Shown piece by piece: positions 36,465-45,897 of a stretch of DNA of 64,000 nt. The translations under genes and the position numbers were made by a program. Source of the stretch: a bacterium (GTDB taxonomy: Bacteria; Patescibacteriota; Minisyncoccia; Phycocordibacterales; Zambryskibacteraceae); NCBI GenBank assembly GCA_030649135.1, contig JAUSGI010000004.1, forward strand, positions 1 through 64,000, in the 5' to 3' direction. Position 1 is the stretch's first letter. Each line of letters starts with the position of its first letter. The notes under the pieces were generated by a model that saw only the letters and a program-made list of their open reading frames with translations, was not told the origin of the DNA and searched no databases.

Positions 36465-38099
36465 ATGCAGCATTTCCCTGAATTATTTGAGACCCTGCTT
36501 AAACAGCGAGGCATCCTACCGGAGGAACAAGAAGATTTTTTGAGTCCTGACTATGAGAAGCTTTATGACCCCTTACTTCTGCCGGATATGCTCAAAGCTC
36601 GTGACAGAGTAATTAAAGCTATTAAGAACAATGAGCATATTGTCATCTTCTCCGACTATGACTGTGACGGCTTGCCGGGCGCGGTGGTATTCTCTGATTT
36701 TTTTGTGAGGATGAATTATGAAAACGTATCATTCTATATTCCACACAGGCATGATGAAGGCTTCGGTCTCAATCTCGGCGCGATAGAAGAAATCGCCGCC
36801 CGTGGCGCCGGACTCATGATTACTATCGATTGCGGTATCGCCAATACGGCGGAAGTGGCGTTCGCCAACGATAAGGGTATTGATGTTATCATCACCGACC
36901 ATCACAAACCGAACCCGACTCTGCCGGCGGCTTATGCTGTCGTCAATCAGAATAGGGAAGATTCAGATTATCCGTTCAAAGGACTCTGCGGCGCAGCCGT
37001 GGCGTTCAAGTTGGTGCAGGCTATAACCGCCCACGAAACTTTCGGCGTGAAGCCGGGTATGGAAAAGTGGTCTCTTGATATGGTGGCCATCGCCACACTC
37101 TCGGATATGGTACCGCTGACGGGTGAGAACAGAATTCTCGCAAGCTTTGGACTTAGTGTCTTGCGCAAATCTCCGCGACCCGGTCTGGCGGCACTTTTCA
37201 AAAGAATGAATCTCGACCAGAGAACTGTTTCGGAGGACGATGTTACATTCATGATTACCCCGCGCATTAATGCCGCCTCGCGCATGGGTATGCCGGAGGA
37301 TGCCTTCAAACTCTTGAAGACCAAAGACCACGAAGAAGCCGAGAGACTGGCTCTTCACCTAGAGAAAATCAACAATGAACGCAAAGGGGTGGTAGCAAGC
37401 GTTGTAAAAGAAGCTAAGTCACATTTAGCAAAACGCGAAGTGATTACCGATGTGATTGTGATCGGTAATCCGGATTGGCGTCCCGCGCTTCTGGGTTTGG
37501 TAGCAAATTCTTTGGTTGAGGAATATGAGAGGCCGGCATTTGTCTGGGGTCGAAGCGGTGACGGAACACTTAAAGGTTCGTGCCGTTCGTACAATGGCCA
37601 TGACCTGTTTGCTCTGATGAGTGTTACTGGTGATGCATTCGTGGAGTTTGGCGGACATGCCGGAGCTGGCGGCTTTTCTGTCACCCTCGAGAGTCTCACT
37701 ACGCTTGAAGAGAGGCTGTCCCAAGCTCTACCCGATTTGGGGGCCGGACTCACAGAGGCAGATGTGCCCGCTCTCCATATAAAATTGGACGATATCGGGG
37801 ACCACCTCTGGAGTCTCGTCTCACGATTTGCGCCGTTCGGCATGGGAAACGAGAAACCTGTTTTTAAAATTCCGCAAGCGGAAATCAAATCGGTAAAAAG
37901 ATTTGGCAAGGAGAATAATCATCTGGAACTTATGTTTAACGGCGGAGTCAAGGCTATTTCTTTTTTCTCCGACCCTGCTTCATACTCCGTCCTCCTTACT
38001 CCCGGCACTCGTATTTCTCTGCTTGCCAATCTAGAAAAATCTTTTTTCCGTAATCGTCCCGAATTGCGCTTGAGGATTGTTGATATCGTAGAATCATGA
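36465..38099 (+). CDS. recJ: Single-stranded-DNA-specific exonuclease RecJ (DHH/DHHA1)
   Basis: DHH motifs (IFSDYDCDGL, ITDHH) and a DHHA1 region (…GGHAGAGG). Confidence 0.9.
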   Translation: MQHFPELFETLLKQRGILPEEQEDFLSPDYEKLYDPLLLPDMLKARDRVIKAIKNNEHIVIFSDYDCDGLPGAVVFSDFFVRMNYENVSFYIPHRHDEGFGLNLGAIEEIAARGAGLMITIDCGIANTAEVAFANDKGIDVIITDHHKPNPTLPAAYAVVNQNREDSDYPFKGLCGAAVAFKLVQAITAHETFGVKPGMEKWSLDMVAIATLSDMVPLTGENRILASFGLSVLRKSPRPGLAALFKRMNLDQRTVSEDDVTFMITPRINAASRMGMPEDAFKLLKTKDHEEAERLALHLEKINNERKGVVASVVKEAKSHLAKREVITDVIVIGNPDWRPALLGLVANSLVEEYERPAFVWGRSGDGTLKGSCRSYNGHDLFALMSVTGDAFVEFGGHAGAGGFSVTLESLTTLEERLSQALPDLGAGLTEADVPALHIKLDDIGDHLWSLVSRFAPFGMGNEKPVFKIPQAEIKSVKRFGKENNHLELMFNGGVKAISFFSDPASYSVLLTPGTRISLLANLEKSFFRNRPELRLRIVDIVES

Positions 38100-38554
38100 C
38101 TATTATTTACACAGATGGGGCGTCGAGGGGAAACCCTGGACCGGGGGGGTGGGGGGCAATAATTTCGAACGACAATTCCGTGGTAGAAATTGGCGGAAGG
38201 GAAGAGCATACGACAAATAACCGCATGGAACTTACGGCGGCAATCAAAGCTCTAGAATCGACACCGGATAAAGAAGTTACCGTTTACGCGGATTCGGAAT
38301 ATGTGACGAAGGGCATGACCGAATGGATCAAGAGATGGCAACAGAAAGGCTGGAGGACGGCAGGTAAGAAGCCGGTACTCAGCCAAGATTTATGGCAGAA
38401 ACTCCTCGAGCTTACGGAGGGAAGACGAGTGGAGTGGAAATATGTGGCAGGACATGCCGGTGTGCCTCTCAATGAGCGCGCGGACGAGATAGCTACCACT
38501 TTTGCCGATAATCTTCTACCCAAACTTTATAATGGACCAAGAGGTAAGTACTAA
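38096..38554 (+). CDS. rnhA: Ribonuclease HI
   Basis: IYTDGASRGNPGPGGWGAII…TNNRMELTAAIKALE…; DEDD catalytic residues in RNase H order. Confidence 0.9.
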   Translation: MTIIYTDGASRGNPGPGGWGAIISNDNSVVEIGGREEHTTNNRMELTAAIKALESTPDKEVTVYADSEYVTKGMTEWIKRWQQKGWRTAGKKPVLSQDLWQKLLELTEGRRVEWKYVAGHAGVPLNERADEIATTFADNLLPKLYNGPRGKY

Positions 38555-39983
38555 AAGTATTTTCGTATTTATATTTGGTTCTATCTTCGGTATTCTGATT
38601 TCTTCTTTTGTTTTTATTGCTCCGCTGGTGGGCGTTTTGTTTATCATTATCGGTTCGGCCTTACTTAATGTGGAGAAACTTTGGAATAAAATAATAAATA
38701 AAGAAGTTTTATTTCTCTCTCTTGCGTTTCTATCGTTCGGCCTCGGTGTCCTGCGTTATTCGATTAAAGATTTTCACGAGCCGCTCGTTCCAACTTTCCA
38801 AGGCGTTGTTATAAGCGAGCCGGAACAGGGAGAAAATACTACTCGTTTTGTCTTGCGGACAGACAATGGCGAAAAAGTTTTAGTGAGTACGGATTTGTAT
38901 AGTGCTGTGCAGTATGGAGATGATGTTAAGGCCGCAGGTAAGCTGGAAAAGCCGGGTATTATTGATAATGATACCGGCCGGCCGTTTAATTATGCCGAGT
39001 ATCTTTCGAAAGACGATATTTATTACACTCTAAGTTTTGCGAAAGTCGAAATTTTGTCACACGACCACGGCAATCCCGCGAAGAGCATTCTCTTGAAGAT
39101 AAAAAGGAGTTTCGTAGCCAAAACCAAAGAAATTCTGGCCGAGCCATATGCTAGCCTGCTTTCTGGTCTCATTGTTTCAGGCAAGGAAGCGATGCCGAAA
39201 AATATTCTCGAAGAGTTTCGTCGGGCCGGCATCATACATATCGTGGTACTCTCCGGCTATAACATCACTATCATTGCGGAGTTTGTGAGAACGGTGTTTA
39301 GAAGCGCAGGGTTCTCTATCGTAGGAATTATTCTCTTTGTCATTATGACGGGAGCGCAAGCCACGGTTGTGCGCGCGGCACTTATGGTACTTGCGGTGAT
39401 TCTCGCTAAGGTTTTTCATAGAAAGTTTTCGGCTCCCAGAGCGCTTCTCGTTGCGGCCTTCTTAATGCTTCTCCAGAATCCGAAAATTCTTGTCTTTGAC
39501 CCGTCTTTTCAACTTTCGTTTCTTGCGACTCTCGGCTTAATTTATGTTGTGCCTATAGTCGACCGGTATTTAAAATGGATACCGGGGAAGTGGGGTCTGC
39601 GGGTGGCCATTGCCACTACCTTAGCTACCCAAGTGACCGTTCTGCCCTTCCTCATCTATTCTATGGGTAATGTTTCTTTAGTGTCGCTTCCTGCCAATAT
39701 TATGATTTTGCTCATCATACCCGCCACCATGCTTGCGGGCTTTGTCGCAACACTTGTTGCATACGTAAGTTCTGTCTTAGCCTTACCATTTTCTTACATA
39801 GCCCATCTTCTTTTGGCTTGGATTCTCGGTGTTTCTCACTATCTCGGTAGTTTTTCTTTCGCTTCTATTGCTGTTCCACCTGTGCCCTGGTGGTTAGTGG
39901 TTTTGATTTACCTTGCGATAGTTATTTTTATACAGCGTTGGAAACCTAACGGAGTGGCATATGATACTGTAAACAAGATATGA
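38502..39983 (+). CDS. comEC: ComEC/Rec2-family competence protein, N-terminal part (DUF4131 plus competence domain; lacks the MBL domain)
   Basis: Polytopic membrane protein with a ComEC core region; it ends without the metallo-beta-lactamase domain. The start may be internal (MDQEVSTKS…), because the 5' end overlaps rnhA. Confidence 0.7.
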   Translation: MPIIFYPNFIMDQEVSTKSIFVFIFGSIFGILISSFVFIAPLVGVLFIIIGSALLNVEKLWNKIINKEVLFLSLAFLSFGLGVLRYSIKDFHEPLVPTFQGVVISEPEQGENTTRFVLRTDNGEKVLVSTDLYSAVQYGDDVKAAGKLEKPGIIDNDTGRPFNYAEYLSKDDIYYTLSFAKVEILSHDHGNPAKSILLKIKRSFVAKTKEILAEPYASLLSGLIVSGKEAMPKNILEEFRRAGIIHIVVLSGYNITIIAEFVRTVFRSAGFSIVGIILFVIMTGAQATVVRAALMVLAVILAKVFHRKFSAPRALLVAAFLMLLQNPKILVFDPSFQLSFLATLGLIYVVPIVDRYLKWIPGKWGLRVAIATTLATQVTVLPFLIYSMGNVSLVSLPANIMILLIIPATMLAGFVATLVAYVSSVLALPFSYIAHLLLAWILGVSHYLGSFSFASIAVPPVPWWLVVLIYLAIVIFIQRWKPNGVAYDTVNKI

Positions 39984-40639
39984 CTTACTATGATACTCGA
40001 GAACAAATCACTAGGGGGCTTCCTCTGGAGGAAATTAAGAAAATTAATATCATCGAAACTAATGAGCCATTGGTTGAAATTATTGAGAATGATAGAATCA
40101 AGCTTTTAAGTGATCATAAATATTTGTCTCCCAATTTACGTAAAAGTGCCAGAGATATTTTATATATAGCAGCTGGCAATTTGCCACCAGACAATAAATT
40201 ACTCATTGTTACGGCGTATCGGTCTATTCAGATGCAAAAAGAATTGTATAACTCTAGATTAAAGCAACTTGCGATGAAACACCCATTCAAAATGGTATTT
40301 GATTACAAAGGATGGAAGAAAACAGTTGGCCTCTATACATCTCCACCAGGGGGATCATCTCACCAGTCTGGGGGGGCTCTGGATTTAACAGTAATCGATG
40401 CGGAAGGCGATAGACTAGATATGGGAACGGAACTAACCGATTTTGGAGTGAAGGTTCATACTGAAAATAATTTGATTACAGATGAGCAGAGAAAAAATAG
40501 GAAGATATTGTATGACGCAATGACGAAAGCTGGCTTTGTAAACTATCCGCTCGAGTGGTGGCACTATTCTTATGGGGACAGAATGTGGGCTGCTTATAGC
40601 AGGAGAGAAGAATGTTTTTACGGACCCATTCCTGACTAG
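39980..40639 (+). CDS. ddpX: D-alanyl-D-alanine dipeptidase (VanX/DdpX, M15D)
   Basis: SSHQSGGALDL (SxHxxGxAxD) and EWWHYSYGD motifs. Confidence 0.75.
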   Translation: MTYYDTREQITRGLPLEEIKKINIIETNEPLVEIIENDRIKLLSDHKYLSPNLRKSARDILYIAAGNLPPDNKLLIVTAYRSIQMQKELYNSRLKQLAMKHPFKMVFDYKGWKKTVGLYTSPPGGSSHQSGGALDLTVIDAEGDRLDMGTELTDFGVKVHTENNLITDEQRKNRKILYDAMTKAGFVNYPLEWWHYSYGDRMWAAYSRREECFYGPIPD

Positions 40640-40734
40640 CAGTTTTAAAATTCTTCTCCACCCCAGTAGTAGAGCAAAGCTCACTACGGGGCAGGCATTC
40701 TGCCAATTGAGATTTCCCCCAAAAGCTTTGATGC

Positions 40735-41508
40735 TCACCCTTCGATGCAAGCAAGTATTCTGCTTATATGCTCTTTAGAAATTCTAGTTTTAAAATATTC
40801 CTTAGTCAGAGTCTTAGGATAATGATCGATGGGCTCCGACGCAATATGTAACTCATGAAGATTTTTGATGAACACTTCTACTACGTGGTCAAAGTTGATC
40901 GTTGTATCCGCAAAATTGCCAATGAGAAAATGTGGTAGAAGATGAAATTTTGGCCTTTTTCTATAATTTAGTAAGGTGGCAGCAACCGAAAAGAAAGTTT
41001 TAGGGTCAATGTGTTCAATGATAATATTTACGCGTTCGGCAGGATAATCCGACTGCCTTTGGAGGTATTCATTAAACCATTTGGATTTCCAGATGTAGTC
41101 TTCCGCTCCAAGTACATGAATAAGCTTCATTAAGCCAATGATTAGGGCGTACTTCCTTTGTTTCCAGAATGGGATACTTAAACACTCGGTATTTATGAAA
41201 GGCTCCATTGCCAGTATGGCTTTACAGTTTTTGCCTAGCTTTGCCTTGTTCACTACCAGAAAGCCAAAGGAAATGCCTCCAACCACGTATTTATCGGAGT
41301 TTAAATCAGCTATTTTCTGGTCAAGGTAATTCGCAAATTTTTCTACAGTTATAGGCCACTTTAATGGGGGAATATCCCTATGAAACCCAGGCAGGTCGAC
41401 GAAATGGACAGTAAAGTAGTCAGAAAGAAATTCAGTTAGCCCATGCAGTAACACGCTGTTTGTTGGAAAAGAGTGTACAAGGAGCAAGTCCGGTTTTGGG
41501 GAATACAT
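40735..41508 (-). CDS. Alpha/beta-hydrolase-fold protein (esterase-like)
   Basis: HGLTEF…VHFVDLPGFHRD… and GGISFG (nucleophile elbow GxSxG). Confidence 0.5.
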   Translation of the reverse strand: MYSPKPDLLLVHSFPTNSVLLHGLTEFLSDYFTVHFVDLPGFHRDIPPLKWPITVEKFANYLDQKIADLNSDKYVVGGISFGFLVVNKAKLGKNCKAILAMEPFINTECLSIPFWKQRKYALIIGLMKLIHVLGAEDYIWKSKWFNEYLQRQSDYPAERVNIIIEHIDPKTFFSVAATLLNYRKRPKFHLLPHFLIGNFADTTINFDHVVEVFIKNLHELHIASEPIDHYPKTLTKEYFKTRISKEHISRILACIEG

Positions 41509-41524
41509 TGGGAATTTTCAGTTA

Positions 41525-42121
41525 TTATTTTGCATCTAAAAAATTTTGTTCGACGTTACCCCAGTTCAGGTTCTCGAAGAAGGCTTCAATGTATTTCTTT
41601 TTTTCCGCGGGAGTGTAGTCGATAAAATATGCATGTTCCCACATGTCGAGCACCAGAATCGGTGCAGGGCCAACGAGTTGACCCAGATGATGTTCGTCCA
41701 CCCAAGCGTTTAGAAGTCTTTTAGTATGAGGGTCGTAATAAAGGATGGCCCAGCCGATACCGCGGGTGAGCGCAATGGATTTGAATCTATTTAACCACTT
41801 ATCGAAGTCGCCCCATTCTTCCTCGACTGCTTTTTTGAGAGAACTTTCTACGGTAAGTGCGGTCGAACCATTCTCAAAATGCGCGAAATAGTATTCGTGA
41901 TTCCTCATGCCATCGAATTCGAAAGCGAATCGGCGTTGGATTTCCCCGAGAGCGTAAGCGTTAGCTTCGGCATTTTCCGCATACTCATCTATTTTCGTCA
42001 GGATAGTGTTGGTGTTTTTCACATAACCCGAATAGAGGCCGAGATGTATCTCAATCGCTTTCTCGCTAATGCCATTGAGTTTGGGAATATTAAACTTCTT
42101 TTCTTCAAATAATTTGGTCAT
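41525..42121 (-). CDS. sodA: Fe/Mn superoxide dismutase
   Basis: H…H N-terminal ligands and DMWEHAYF C-terminal signature. Confidence 0.9.
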   Translation of the reverse strand: MTKLFEEKKFNIPKLNGISEKAIEIHLGLYSGYVKNTNTILTKIDEYAENAEANAYALGEIQRRFAFEFDGMRNHEYYFAHFENGSTALTVESSLKKAVEEEWGDFDKWLNRFKSIALTRGIGWAILYYDPHTKRLLNAWVDEHHLGQLVGPAPILVLDMWEHAYFIDYTPAEKKKYIEAFFENLNWGNVEQNFLDAK

Positions 42122-42144
42122 AGTGCCTAGATTATACTATAGGT

Positions 42145-43002
42145 ATGGATTTCCTGAAAAAGTATTCCCAAGAAGCAGTTTTGGCGGTACTTGTTCTCTC
42201 GAATATCTTTGTATGGTTTGCGGTCTACCAAAGACAGCCGAGTAATATTCTTAGCGTCTATTTCCTCGACATTGGCCAGGGTGATGCTATTTTTATCGAC
42301 TCACCCGCGCATGGTCGTCTGCTTCTTGATGGCGGTAAGAACAGGTCAGTATTGACGGAACTAGGCAAAATTTTGCCTTTTGCCGACAAGCGTATAGATG
42401 TGATGATTGAATCTCATCCCGACGCTGACCACATTGGCGGTCTGCCGGAAGTAGTTTCGAGATACGATGTCGGAATGTTTCTTGAACCCGGGGTGGAATC
42501 TGATAATAGTATTGATGACGAACTTCACAGGCGAGTAGATGAGAAAAATATTCCGAAAATACTTGCGAGAAGGGGAATGGTGGTGAACTTTGGTGACGGT
42601 GCGAAGCTCCAGATACTTTTTCCTAATCAAGGTGTTTCTAATTGGGAGACAAATAGAGCCTCTATTGTGGCAAAATTGGTGTACGGAAACAAATCTTTCT
42701 TGCTGACAGGAGATTCGCCCATAGCGATTGAAAATGTTTTAATTAATCTTGACCAAAAAATCTTAGATTCTGATGTTTTGAAAGCCGGTCATCACGGTTC
42801 ACGCACCTCTACCTCTCTAGTTTATGCTCAAGCTGTATCGCCAGAATATGCCGTCATTTCTGCCGGCAAAGATAATACTTATGGTCATCCGCACAAAGAA
42901 GTGCTCGATATTTTACAAAAAGTCGGCGCGAAGGTGGTTAGTACCGCCTCCTCCGGCACCATCAAATTTGAAACGGACGGAAAAAATTTAAAATCTAAAT
43001 GA
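42145..43002 (+). CDS. MBL-fold metallo-hydrolase, ComEC C-terminal-domain-like (stand-alone)
   Basis: YFLDIGQGDAIFI…IESHPDADHIGG…KAGHHGSRTS, as in the ComEC lactamase_B domain; N-terminal TM helix. Confidence 0.75.
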   Translation: MDFLKKYSQEAVLAVLVLSNIFVWFAVYQRQPSNILSVYFLDIGQGDAIFIDSPAHGRLLLDGGKNRSVLTELGKILPFADKRIDVMIESHPDADHIGGLPEVVSRYDVGMFLEPGVESDNSIDDELHRRVDEKNIPKILARRGMVVNFGDGAKLQILFPNQGVSNWETNRASIVAKLVYGNKSFLLTGDSPIAIENVLINLDQKILDSDVLKAGHHGSRTSTSLVYAQAVSPEYAVISAGKDNTYGHPHKEVLDILQKVGAKVVSTASSGTIKFETDGKNLKSK

Positions 43003-43043
43003 AGAGGGCGTCACCGTGTGACCGGCGACGCCCTTGTGTCGGA

Positions 43044-44504
43044 CTAGAGTCCGAGTTTCTGCTTCCATCGTTCCGCAACAGCCCTCGCTTTCTTGGGGGC
43101 GATGCCGATATAGAGTGATGGATTCGAGATGACGCTTCGCTGGCGTGGCGTCATCTTCTCGAGGTAGTCCGCCAACTCCGCATCACCCATGACCACCTCC
43201 TCGAGTGGTCGCGATTCGCGTCTAGCTTGGCGCGCCAGGATTCGCACCTTCTCGTGGGCATGAGAATGTCCCAGCGCGGAGAGAATGAGCTGTAACGGCT
43301 CGGCGGCAGTCCCTCCCTTCGTCATGTTGAGATTTCTCTGAAGGTTTTCATGGTTCACCGTGAGTTTATTCATCACTCTCGTCAGGCGTTTAGCCATGGA
43401 AAAGACGTAGGCCACAACCTCGCCATAAGTTCGGGCCGAGGCGGAGTTCGTGAGGTCGCGTTGGTGTTCGCTGATCTGATCAAGGAACACAGTAATGATG
43501 CGCGGCATGACGACCTTCCAGAGACTCTTGGCGTTCTCAAAGTTGATGGGGTTCATCTTCTGCGGCATAGTCGAGGAGCCGACCTGGTCCTCTTCGACTG
43601 GTTCTCCTACCTCAGCGATTTCTGTGCGCTGGAGATGGCGCATATCGTCGGCGAGATTGGCCAGTATGCCGGCAGTAATGGTGACTTCACAGAGAAGACG
43701 CGTCATCGCTTCGGGCGGTACAATCTGGGTTGAGTATTCGGCCGGGATGAGTCCCATCTCGGCAAGTACTTCAGCTTCGAAGACCTCTGGGTCGTCGAAG
43801 AAGAGCGAAGAAGCGTTGTATGCTCCGACTGCTCCCGAGAACTTCCCGGGGAGTTTATCAGCACGAAGCTTCAGCTCTTCGATTGAACCGCCGATGCGAC
43901 TGACGTACTCGGCGATTGCGAAGCCGAACGAGGTCGGGACCGCATGCTGACCATGGGTTCTTCCGGCTTGGGGTGTCTCGGCTTCGTTGTCGGCGAGTGT
44001 GATAAGGACTTTTTCCAACTCGATGAGCGCTGGGATGACCACAATTTCGACAACGTGCTTGTAGCGTGCAGCGTTGGCCGATTCGATGATATCGAATGAT
44101 GTTGCCGATAGATGGACAAACGGTTTCGCGCGATCGCTCAGTCTCGTCTGGATGCGATTCACGAGAGCTCGGATGTCATGCCCGATTCGACCTTCCTCAT
44201 CGTACACTTCTTCGGTCACGACTTCGCCACAGGCCGCCACGATTTCACGCAAAGTGTCTTCGGAGCAAACTCCCCGGCGCTCTAATACGGTTGCAAGTGC
44301 TCGCTCCACACGGAGCTTGTAACGGGTGAACCCGTTCTCGGAGAGATACTTCGCTACTTCGGCATCCCAGTATCGATAATCGATCGGTGAAAGGCTGTCG
44401 AACACATCACGCATTCTCATATCATCCTCCTGTAAAGGTGCGATTCTCGAAACAAAAACTTCGTGTTCCTCGCTAAACCTATCAGTTTCCACCCATCTTT
44501 TCAA
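43044..44504 (-). CDS. purB: Adenylosuccinate lyase (class II fumarate-lyase family); GC-rich gene
   Basis: SPIDYRY…; GRTHGQHAVPTSFG; family signature GSSTMPQKMNP. The real start may be the internal Met near 44420. GC is clearly higher than flanking genes (by eye). Confidence 0.75.
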   Translation of the reverse strand: MKRWVETDRFSEEHEVFVSRIAPLQEDDMRMRDVFDSLSPIDYRYWDAEVAKYLSENGFTRYKLRVERALATVLERRGVCSEDTLREIVAACGEVVTEEVYDEEGRIGHDIRALVNRIQTRLSDRAKPFVHLSATSFDIIESANAARYKHVVEIVVIPALIELEKVLITLADNEAETPQAGRTHGQHAVPTSFGFAIAEYVSRIGGSIEELKLRADKLPGKFSGAVGAYNASSLFFDDPEVFEAEVLAEMGLIPAEYSTQIVPPEAMTRLLCEVTITAGILANLADDMRHLQRTEIAEVGEPVEEDQVGSSTMPQKMNPINFENAKSLWKVVMPRIITVFLDQISEHQRDLTNSASARTYGEVVAYVFSMAKRLTRVMNKLTVNHENLQRNLNMTKGGTAAEPLQLILSALGHSHAHEKVRILARQARRESRPLEEVVMGDAELADYLEKMTPRQRSVISNPSLYIGIAPKKARAVAERWKQKLGL

Positions 44505-44688
44505 TCAGCAGTCCGAGTTGCTCATGTATGACTTTTGCTTCGGCAAGGGTCACATTATTTTCCGTATTGGACGTGGGTCCTGATATAAAAATTGAGACTC
44601 CTTTGATACCTTCTATGTCTTTCGCACTTACTTGGACATCAATTGCGTTCCCAAGTTCGTTTATAAATTTTTTCTCGTATTTCTGCAT
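44482..44688 (-). CDS. Small hypothetical protein (68 aa)
   Basis: AT-rich ORF upstream of purB; no motif. It overlaps the longest purB start. Confidence 0.25.
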   Translation of the reverse strand: MQKYEKKFINELGNAIDVQVSAKDIEGIKGVSIFISGPTSNTENNVTLAEAKVIHEQLGLLIEKMGGN

Positions 44689-44727
44689 ATTTTTTAATTG
44701 AATATTTATTTGTTATCCATCTGGCCT

Positions 44728-44747
44728 GCCTGCGCAGGTAGGGGTGA
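44728..44747. repeat. GC-rich palindromic motif, family A, copy 3
   Basis: gcctgcctgcgcaggtaggg. Confidence 0.5.
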
Positions 44748-44760
44748 TGTTTGAGTCAGT

Positions 44761-45558
44761 CTAAGTAGTTATAGGAAAGATTGCGGAGGGTCCTTCTGTA
44801 AAATCCTGAACTAAACTTCGACTACCAGCTATGAGGTCTGTGTTTCTATAATCATAGGAAGTGCTTCCTATATTAATTACCGTTCCCCCTGCTTCAGAAA
44901 CCAATAGAGAACCTGGAGCAAAGTCATAATCTTTGCCGAATGGGTCAAAACATATCCTTCCTTCTATCTTGCCAGTGGCAACCAGAACAAACTCGTAACC
45001 AGCGCTTATAGTTTGAAGCAAAAGAGATTTCGCCCGTATCTTATTTCGAATCTCCACATTTGCTGGCTTGGCTTGGTTGGTTTCGAGCGCCACAATCGAC
45101 TGATTGGTTGGGCGATCACTGACACTAATCCTTTTTCCATCCTCAAATGCCCCTTTGCCTTTTTCTGCGTGATACATAATATCATTTCTGAAATCATAGA
45201 TTGCAGAAAAGATAACCTGACCATCTTCAACCAAGGCAACCATAGTTGTACAAAACGGTATACCTCGTACAAAGTGCATAGTTCCATCTATCGGATCTAC
45301 AAGCCATAATTTCTTACCATCCCGACTACCTCCAAATTCTTCGCCCACAAATTCTATTGTCGGATCAATTTTCTTGAATTCAGCTCTAAGATACTGCTCT
45401 ACTTCATGATCCAGTTTCGTGACCACATTATGGGGAGACTCATCTTTTTGGCTTACGATTTCTACTTTGCCGTAAAAGGGTAAAGTGATGCTTCTCGTGG
45501 AGCGAATAATTGATAAAGCTTCTTCGGTAACGGTTTTCATATCTTGAGAATACCACAA
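44761..45558 (-). CDS. Inositol-monophosphatase-family protein (SuhB/CysQ-like)
   Basis: WLVDPIDGT…; E…DP.DGT…; C-terminal (W/F)D.AAG motifs. Confidence 0.85.
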   Translation of the reverse strand: MWYSQDMKTVTEEALSIIRSTRSITLPFYGKVEIVSQKDESPHNVVTKLDHEVEQYLRAEFKKIDPTIEFVGEEFGGSRDGKKLWLVDPIDGTMHFVRGIPFCTTMVALVEDGQVIFSAIYDFRNDIMYHAEKGKGAFEDGKRISVSDRPTNQSIVALETNQAKPANVEIRNKIRAKSLLLQTISAGYEFVLVATGKIEGRICFDPFGKDYDFAPGSLLVSEAGGTVINIGSTSYDYRNTDLIAGSRSLVQDFTEGPSAIFPITT

Positions 45559-45583
45559 GCTGGCTGTCTGGCACGATACAGAC

Positions 45584-45856
45584 CTATTTTAAGGAAATAA
45601 TTTGGAGGCCTTTTTCGTCAATATCTTTGCGAGGATAGAATACAGTTAAGTCATCAATCTTCTTTCTGTCGACATAACTAACCTGTTTCTCCAACTCTCG
45701 ACCGGTATAATTCTTAGCCACTGGGTCCCATTCTTTAAGAACCAAAGTGTCTCCTTCAGCAATGTCAAAATCATTTAAGCGTAATTCAAATGTCTTCTTG
45801 CCATCAAGAATGGCTTGGAAAGATTCCGGCCAAATTTTCTTTTCTACTTTTCTCAT
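45584..45856 (-). CDS. DUF3850 (ASCH-like) domain protein
   Basis: KIWPESFQAILDGKKTFELRLNDFDIAEGDTLVLKEWD matches the DUF3850 consensus. Confidence 0.65.
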   Translation of the reverse strand: MRKVEKKIWPESFQAILDGKKTFELRLNDFDIAEGDTLVLKEWDPVAKNYTGRELEKQVSYVDRKKIDDLTVFYPRKDIDEKGLQIISLK

Positions 45857-45897
45857 AATCTAATTTTATACTACCTGCACAACGTGTTTCATGGATT

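Noticed and set aside
44482-44688. 68-aa ORF overlapping the purB 5' end as a confident gene
   Set aside because: It has no SD or motif and overlaps the longest purB reading frame. It is kept only as a low-confidence feature.
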